Shown piece by piece: positions 59,256 through 64,000 of a stretch of DNA of 64,000 bases. Each line of letters begins with the position of its first letter. Positions within the stretch are counted from its first letter, which is position 1. The stretch lies in NCBI GenBank assembly GCA_051003195.1, contig JBPCLP010000058.1, forward strand, positions 1 through 64,000, given 5' to 3'. The DNA comes from Candidatus Sumerlaeaceae bacterium. Its GTDB lineage: Bacteria; Sumerlaeota; Sumerlaeia; Sumerlaeales; Sumerlaeaceae. Below the pieces are notes generated by a model, which was not told the DNA's origin, did not search any database, and saw only the letters and a program-made list of their open reading frames with translations. The translations under genes and the position numbers were made by a program.

Positions 59256-61433
59256 TTAAACGCCGGCTTCCTGCTTTCTTTTTTCGGCGCGGGCTTCCTT
59301 GAGCTGATCGCGTACTTGTTCGTTATCCGGGTGGATTGCAGCCGCGATGGAAAGGTAATGGACGGCCTGTCTCCAGTTGCGATCATTCATCGCTTTCTGC
59401 GCGCGATCGTATTGTTCCCGGAACATTTTTTCGCTGCGCTCATCCAGTTGCGAGCCACCCTTGGGTGAGGCTGCGTAATAGCTCTCCTGGGGTGCTGGAG
59501 CAGAGTTCACGGATGTCTTAGTCGATGCCAAAGCCGGATCGACAGGCGCCGGGTTTTTGCTCGTGGTGCTGAAGCCAACTGTCCCATCCAGCTTGAGTGA
59601 ATCTTCCGCCGCGGTTGCGGAGCCGAGACCTATCGTGTCCTGGCTGTGGAATGTGTCGCCGTAGGCACCATAGGTGTCTTCCTGGCTCGGAGCAGGCTTT
59701 GGCGGAATGGCGGGCGCGTTATTAAAATCATCAAGCGATGGCAATTGGACTGGGTGCGGCTCCTGGCTCTGAACCGGTGGATTGGGTACGGGTGAAGGTG
59801 ACACTGAAATAGAAGGCATCTCAACCGGCTTCCCAAAAAGCACTTCCTGAAGGTCAATGGCGCCCTCTCCTGAAAGCGGCTTAGATGGCAGCGGTGCAAC
59901 GGGCACTGCCTTCGGTGGCGTTGCGACGGTAAGGTCGTCCAGTCGTATGGGCGAATCTGCCGGACCTGCGGACGGTTCAACCTGCGCGGCTGCAGGGGCT
60001 GGAGTGGGCTCAGGAGCTTTAGAAGCGGGCGGAGGGGCTGTCAGCTGAGGCGCAGCGGCACCGAGCGCAGGCGCAGGCGCAGGCGGGGTGGGCGCCGCAG
60101 CGGGCTCGCTTGGGCCAAATGATATACCGAGGTCTTCAAAAGAAACCATCTCGGAACTCGCCGAGGGGGCAGGACTCTTCACCGGTTCGCCCATCGGCGC
60201 TGAACCCTGGGGTTTAGGAGGCGCGGCAAAGGATGCTGCAGAAACGGACGGAGCATCTACCGCCGGAGCGCCGTCAGCGTAGTTCGTGGCATCGCTCGAC
60301 ATCGCTCCGCCAAATAGTTCAAACTGCGGCGTGGCTTCCGGCACCTGCGGTTTAATCATTGCGAGGTTTTTTGCGATGGCCTGGGCCATGCTGTCTGCAT
60401 CCTGGGGGTGGTCGTCCACGGCTGGCCTTGGACGCGCCGATCCAAATGCGGCCATGCCGTCGTCGTCCGCTTCCATTAACGTCGCGTGATCTTCAATTAA
60501 TGTAGCCTGCTCATCGACCAGCGTAGGCTTGTCTGAAACGTCCTGGAACATGAGCGATGCAGGCGGGCCCGCTGGAGTTCTGGAACTCAGCGGCTGAATC
60601 TCAGGAAGCATGCCGGACGAGAGACCTGCCGGAGCGACCCCGGCGAAAGGCGCCTCGGGTTCGGATTTAACCCTGGAGGTAAAGTACCTGTAGAGCGTCC
60701 ACCCGATACCCACGGCAACGGCTGCACAGATAAGAGCCAAAAGAGCTTTCTTTCGCGGTGTTTTGGAAGCGACCTCCGGTGGCGCCGCAGTAGCCGCTGT
60801 GGCTTTGACAACCGCCGGAGCTGTCGCGACCGGAGAAGCCGCGCGTGCAGGCGCAGGGGACGCCAGCGGGACGGATTCAATAGGGCCATATCCCGGGCGC
60901 GGTGTGCGTAAGGCCGGCCCGGTCTGGCCCGCTTGTTCCGCAAGCTTCCGCGCAAGAAGGTTCTGATATACCTGAAGCTGAGGTGCGTTCGCGTCGACTT
61001 GCTGCGCAGCCTCCAAAGCAGTTTTGGCGGCCTGCCAATCCTGCTTATAAAACGCCTCGCGAACAACAGAGAGCGCGTCTTCGACTTCCTTGCGGCGCTG
61101 AACTTTTGCAACATCGGGCTGGCTGATGCGATCGGAAGGAAGCTGCTGCTGGGGCGGCGGCGCAAGGCTGCTGCTAGCCGGAGGCAGTCCCGGTAGTCCG
61201 GGCAGTGGTGCATCGGGAGGCGCGGCGGCGGCAGGAGTTGGATTGCTGGTGTCAGATGGCAAACTTGGAAGCGACGGAATCTGAGCGGACGCGCAGGCAC
61301 AAAGGGCGACCAGAAAAGTTCCACCCAGGCAGCGGCGCCCGGAAAGTGCAATTCGCCCGTGCCCGAAGCGGCTAACCCTGTTCGATGCTATCTCCAAAGT
61401 ACAGATCCTGTCATGCTGCAACACACGCGCCAT
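59256..61433 (-). CDS. Pro/Ala-rich single-pass membrane protein with TPR-like ends (start probably downstream of 61433)
   Basis: Signal-like segment, TPR-like helix pair, TM helix, long low-complexity region, C-terminal TPR-like motif. Confidence 0.7.
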   Translation of the reverse strand: MARVLQHDRICTLEIASNRVSRFGHGRIALSGRRCLGGTFLVALCACASAQIPSLPSLPSDTSNPTPAAAAPPDAPLPGLPGLPPASSSLAPPPQQQLPSDRISQPDVAKVQRRKEVEDALSVVREAFYKQDWQAAKTALEAAQQVDANAPQLQVYQNLLARKLAEQAGQTGPALRTPRPGYGPIESVPLASPAPARAASPVATAPAVVKATAATAAPPEVASKTPRKKALLALICAAVAVGIGWTLYRYFTSRVKSEPEAPFAGVAPAGLSSGMLPEIQPLSSRTPAGPPASLMFQDVSDKPTLVDEQATLIEDHATLMEADDDGMAAFGSARPRPAVDDHPQDADSMAQAIAKNLAMIKPQVPEATPQFELFGGAMSSDATNYADGAPAVDAPSVSAASFAAPPKPQGSAPMGEPVKSPAPSASSEMVSFEDLGISFGPSEPAAAPTPPAPAPALGAAAPQLTAPPPASKAPEPTPAPAAAQVEPSAGPADSPIRLDDLTVATPPKAVPVAPLPSKPLSGEGAIDLQEVLFGKPVEMPSISVSPSPVPNPPVQSQEPHPVQLPSLDDFNNAPAIPPKPAPSQEDTYGAYGDTFHSQDTIGLGSATAAEDSLKLDGTVGFSTTSKNPAPVDPALASTKTSVNSAPAPQESYYAASPKGGSQLDERSEKMFREQYDRAQKAMNDRNWRQAVHYLSIAAAIHPDNEQVRDQLKEARAEKRKQEAGV
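61417..61432 (-). promoter_or_regulatory. possible sigma54 promoter
   Basis: Minus strand reads TGGCGC-GTGTG-TTGCA. Confidence 0.45.
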
Positions 61434-61612
61434 TAGGCGAGCCCTGCGCGATTGCGGAAAAGATGTTTACGGCTCTATTGCTGAAGTACAGGGGCATTCA
61501 AGCAGAATGCGCGGCCGTGACCTGCGCGCTATGTGTGTGTGGGTTTTAGTTGGTATGGTAATCCCAGAGTAAAGCGTGAGCCTGCCCTGGCTGGCTTGCT
61601 GCAGATTTACTT

Positions 61613-62671
61613 CTACTTCAGGCTTTCCATCACCTCGGACAGGGCTTCGGGGCCCGGCCTGAGTACTTCTGCGCCGAGTTGGGCAAGCGGTGTGTCGACC
61701 ATGGCCAGCTGATCAGCAAATGGCTTTGTCGTGTTCCCGTTGTGGTAAATAAGACCGGTGAGGAACAGTCGCTCCTCCTGTGCTTTGTGAAGAAGCCCAA
61801 GTGCATTGGTGCGGTCAGTGGGGTCGTAATCGCGTTCGAGCTTTTTCAGGACAATATGCGATCCATCCGCCAATTGGATGTTCTGCATCGTTCCCGGTTC
61901 GTAATCAGCCTTAATCTCTTCATAATACGGCACAAAGCCAACTTCGTGAAGGGGTTCTTCGTGTTCCTTCGCAAACTTAAAACTCTTCGTAGACCCTTCG
62001 TGGTTGTTAAAGGTGACGCATGGGCTTACGATATCCAGGATTGCAAAGCCCGGGTGTGCGAGTGCGCCTTTAAGCAGCGGTACCAGTTGCTTGATATCGC
62101 CGGAAAACGATCGCGCCACATAATCGCACCCCATCTGGATGGCCAGCGCGCAGCAATCGATAGGCGGCATGTCATTCTCGAAGCCTTTTTTGGCAACACT
62201 ACCACGATCTGCCGTGGCGGAGAATTGCCCCTTTGTCAGCCCATACACACCATTATTCTCGATGATATACAGAAGCGGAATGTTGCGGCGGATGCAATGC
62301 AGGAAGTGACCGAGGCCGATCGACGCAGTGTCGCCGTCGCCCGAAATGCCGACGTGGACAAGCTTGCGATTGGCGAGATAACTGCCCGTGGCCATTGCAG
62401 GCATGCGGCCGTGAACGCCGTTGAACCCGTGGCTCTGTCCCAGGAAGTATGCCGTTGTTTTTGAGGAGCAGCCGATGCCGCTCATCTTGGCGACGTTGTA
62501 CGGCTCGACGTCCATTTCGAACAAAGCTTTGATCAGCTGGCTCGTGATGGAGTCGTGGCCGCACCCCGCACACAGGGTGCTCTCAGCGCCCTTGTACTGC
62601 GCCTGCGGCAGTCCTAGTCGGTTCGTGGGCGGCGGCTTTGGCGCGGCGGGCGGTGGGGCAGCGGTACTCAT
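61613..62671 (-). CDS. 2-oxoacid:ferredoxin oxidoreductase beta subunit
   Basis: LCAGCGH, SGIGCSS, HGR, SGDGD, NNGVYGLTKGQFS, SPCVTFN. Confidence 0.96.
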   Translation of the reverse strand: MSTAAPPPAAPKPPPTNRLGLPQAQYKGAESTLCAGCGHDSITSQLIKALFEMDVEPYNVAKMSGIGCSSKTTAYFLGQSHGFNGVHGRMPAMATGSYLANRKLVHVGISGDGDTASIGLGHFLHCIRRNIPLLYIIENNGVYGLTKGQFSATADRGSVAKKGFENDMPPIDCCALAIQMGCDYVARSFSGDIKQLVPLLKGALAHPGFAILDIVSPCVTFNNHEGSTKSFKFAKEHEEPLHEVGFVPYYEEIKADYEPGTMQNIQLADGSHIVLKKLERDYDPTDRTNALGLLHKAQEERLFLTGLIYHNGNTTKPFADQLAMVDTPLAQLGAEVLRPGPEALSEVMESLK

Positions 62672-62693
62672 TTTAAATTACCCTCTTTCAATC

Positions 62694-63146
62694 TTAAGCC
62701 AATATGTCTGCGGGTGTGTGTGTCTTCATCTCAGCAAAACGACGGAAGTGAGCCGTGTTGAGAGTAAGAATATCATGAATTCCATGGCTCAATGCCAGCG
62801 CGACCAAGCGCGCATCGTGTACGGTCTTCCCTACCACACCATATTTGCTACAGAGGCTCAGCCATATCTCGTGTGTTGTCTCAGTTTCCCGTAAGAGCGT
62901 GTGCGCCCGGCAGAACTTATCTATGCGTTCACGTATAATATCTGGATGCATTCCCAAACCCTTATCGTCTTTTGGACGGGAAGCACGGTTCCAGTACTCT
63001 GCCAGAGTCTGTGTGGCGATACAAGGCCGAACCAAATTATCGACGAGGCGAATGAGCGCCGATTCAGTGGCAACCCGCTGCCGCGGACAATCCGGATCTT
63101 CGGGTGTGATGCGTAGAAGAATGTTCGTGTCGAGCAAGATTCTCAC
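62694..63146 (-). CDS. PIN-domain (VapC-like) toxin
   Basis: ILLDTNIL, QTLAEY, GK.VHDARLVA, ILTLN..HF.RF. Confidence 0.88.
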   Translation of the reverse strand: MRILLDTNILLRITPEDPDCPRQRVATESALIRLVDNLVRPCIATQTLAEYWNRASRPKDDKGLGMHPDIIRERIDKFCRAHTLLRETETTHEIWLSLCSKYGVVGKTVHDARLVALALSHGIHDILTLNTAHFRRFAEMKTHTPADILA

Positions 63147-63151
63147 TCTCT

Positions 63152-63472
63152 CTAATCGTCGTTGCCGTACAGGTATTCCCGATCCAGAGATTCGAGGGGA
63201 ATTGGCGGGTCGTTTTCCATGTCACGGAAAAGCTCCAGCATCGCCTGTTTGCAAAGGGCTGCCTCTTCTGGTGTAAGATGTTCTGGGATAGCCGAGTTTT
63301 GTTTGGCCTCTTTGATTAGGCTTTCAAGCTGAGAGGTGGCAGCTTCCTGCACGGACTCCTCATTTGCCGGCGCGCTTTCCTCATGCAAAATGGTCACCGC
63401 CGCACCTTCCGGCAATGTCACAGGCGCATCCGGAACAATAAGACCGTTTCTGACATGAGCGGGGAATAACAT
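63152..63472 (-). CDS. putative antitoxin (DUF104/AF2212-like N-terminus)
   Basis: AHVRNGLIVP..PV.LPEGA.V.I; acidic C-terminus ending L.RE.LY; directly upstream of the PIN gene. Confidence 0.72.
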   Translation of the reverse strand: MLFPAHVRNGLIVPDAPVTLPEGAAVTILHEESAPANEESVQEAATSQLESLIKEAKQNSAIPEHLTPEEAALCKQAMLELFRDMENDPPIPLESLDREYLYGNDD

Positions 63473-63479
63473 GAGCGAC

Positions 63480-64000
63480 TTACCCCACAAACACCGGCGG
63501 CGCATACAGCCATGGCTGCCCGCCGTCCTTATGTGATTTCTTCTGATATTCCAGGCCGCCAAGGACGCCGTCGATAATCGTCTGCGCGTCGAGCGGAATA
63601 CCATTGTAGTGGAGAATGCTCCCAATCCTGGACGCGAGTTCAGGGTACTCCGCACGAAGAACGCACGCCATCTGTGCATCGCGATTCTGCTCAACGATAT
63701 AGACGTGTTCGCGGCTCGCGATGAACTGCTTCGCCTCATCACTCGTCGGCAGCGCGCGCAGTCGCATGTAATCCGTTTCGATCTTGTGCTCATCACGCAG
63801 CCGAAAGCGCGCCTCTTCCACTGCCGGATCGCTTGATCCATAGGCGATAATGCTCGCCTTCGCATTCTTCACTTCCTGGATCACCGGTTTCGGCACCGCC
63901 GTACGCGCGGTGTTAAACTTTCGCGTCAGGCGATCCATATTGCTTTGCCAGTCTTCAGGCTTCTCCGAGTACGTCGCCTTGTCGGTATGCCCCGTGCCAC
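63480..64000 (-). CDS. 2-oxoacid:ferredoxin oxidoreductase alpha subunit, 5'-truncated by the window edge
   Basis: IIAYGSS, YMRLRALP, VEQNRDAQM, ILHYNG.P; upstream of the beta subunit. Confidence 0.93.
   Translation of the reverse strand, partial: GTGHTDKATYSEKPEDWQSNMDRLTRKFNTARTAVPKPVIQEVKNAKASIIAYGSSDPAVEEARFRLRDEHKIETDYMRLRALPTSDEAKQFIASREHVYIVEQNRDAQMACVLRAEYPELASRIGSILHYNGIPLDAQTIIDGVLGGLEYQKKSHKDGGQPWLYAPPVFVG

Noticed and set aside
63473..63865. 237-aa ORF as a single protein
   Set aside because: The N-terminal part is an alternative frame of the oxidoreductase alpha gene; only 63152-63472 looks like an antitoxin

Overview
A 64-kb stretch of a GC-rich diderm bacterial chromosome (lpxD present), mostly core genes: kup (partial), a DEAD-box helicase, hom, ispG, guaB3-guaA, gpx, treS, nadA, lpxD, nrnA, uvrA, recA, era, a Nif3/zinc-ribbon pair, a class IV aminotransferase and 2-oxoacid:ferredoxin oxidoreductase alpha/beta. 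It also holds surface-glycan genes and two-component systems. I saw no rRNA, tRNA, CRISPR array, transposase or integrase. Most notable: (1) a DUF2314/YegJ-like gene whose halves lie 25 kb apart on opposite strands and rejoin in frame, implying an inversion of about 6052-31123; (2) a four-helix-bundle gene inside guaB3-guaA bracketed by inverted heptamer arrays; (3) an Hsp70-TPR-Ser/Thr kinase fusion clustered with a KaiC-like ATPase, a DUF4388 protein and a RomR/PopZ-like receiver protein; (4) a RhuM-DUF488-DUF488-dual-OB cassette between recA and uvrA; (5) a probable oriC at about 53.1-53.55 kb with no adjacent dnaA, next to a candidate sigma54-driven small RNA; (6) a ~100-bp MITE-like repeat pair around nadA; (7) a structured intergenic RNA candidate at 13.85-14.09 kb; (8) a PIN toxin-antitoxin pair splitting the oxidoreductase operon. 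All family calls come from reading motifs by eye, not from database searches.
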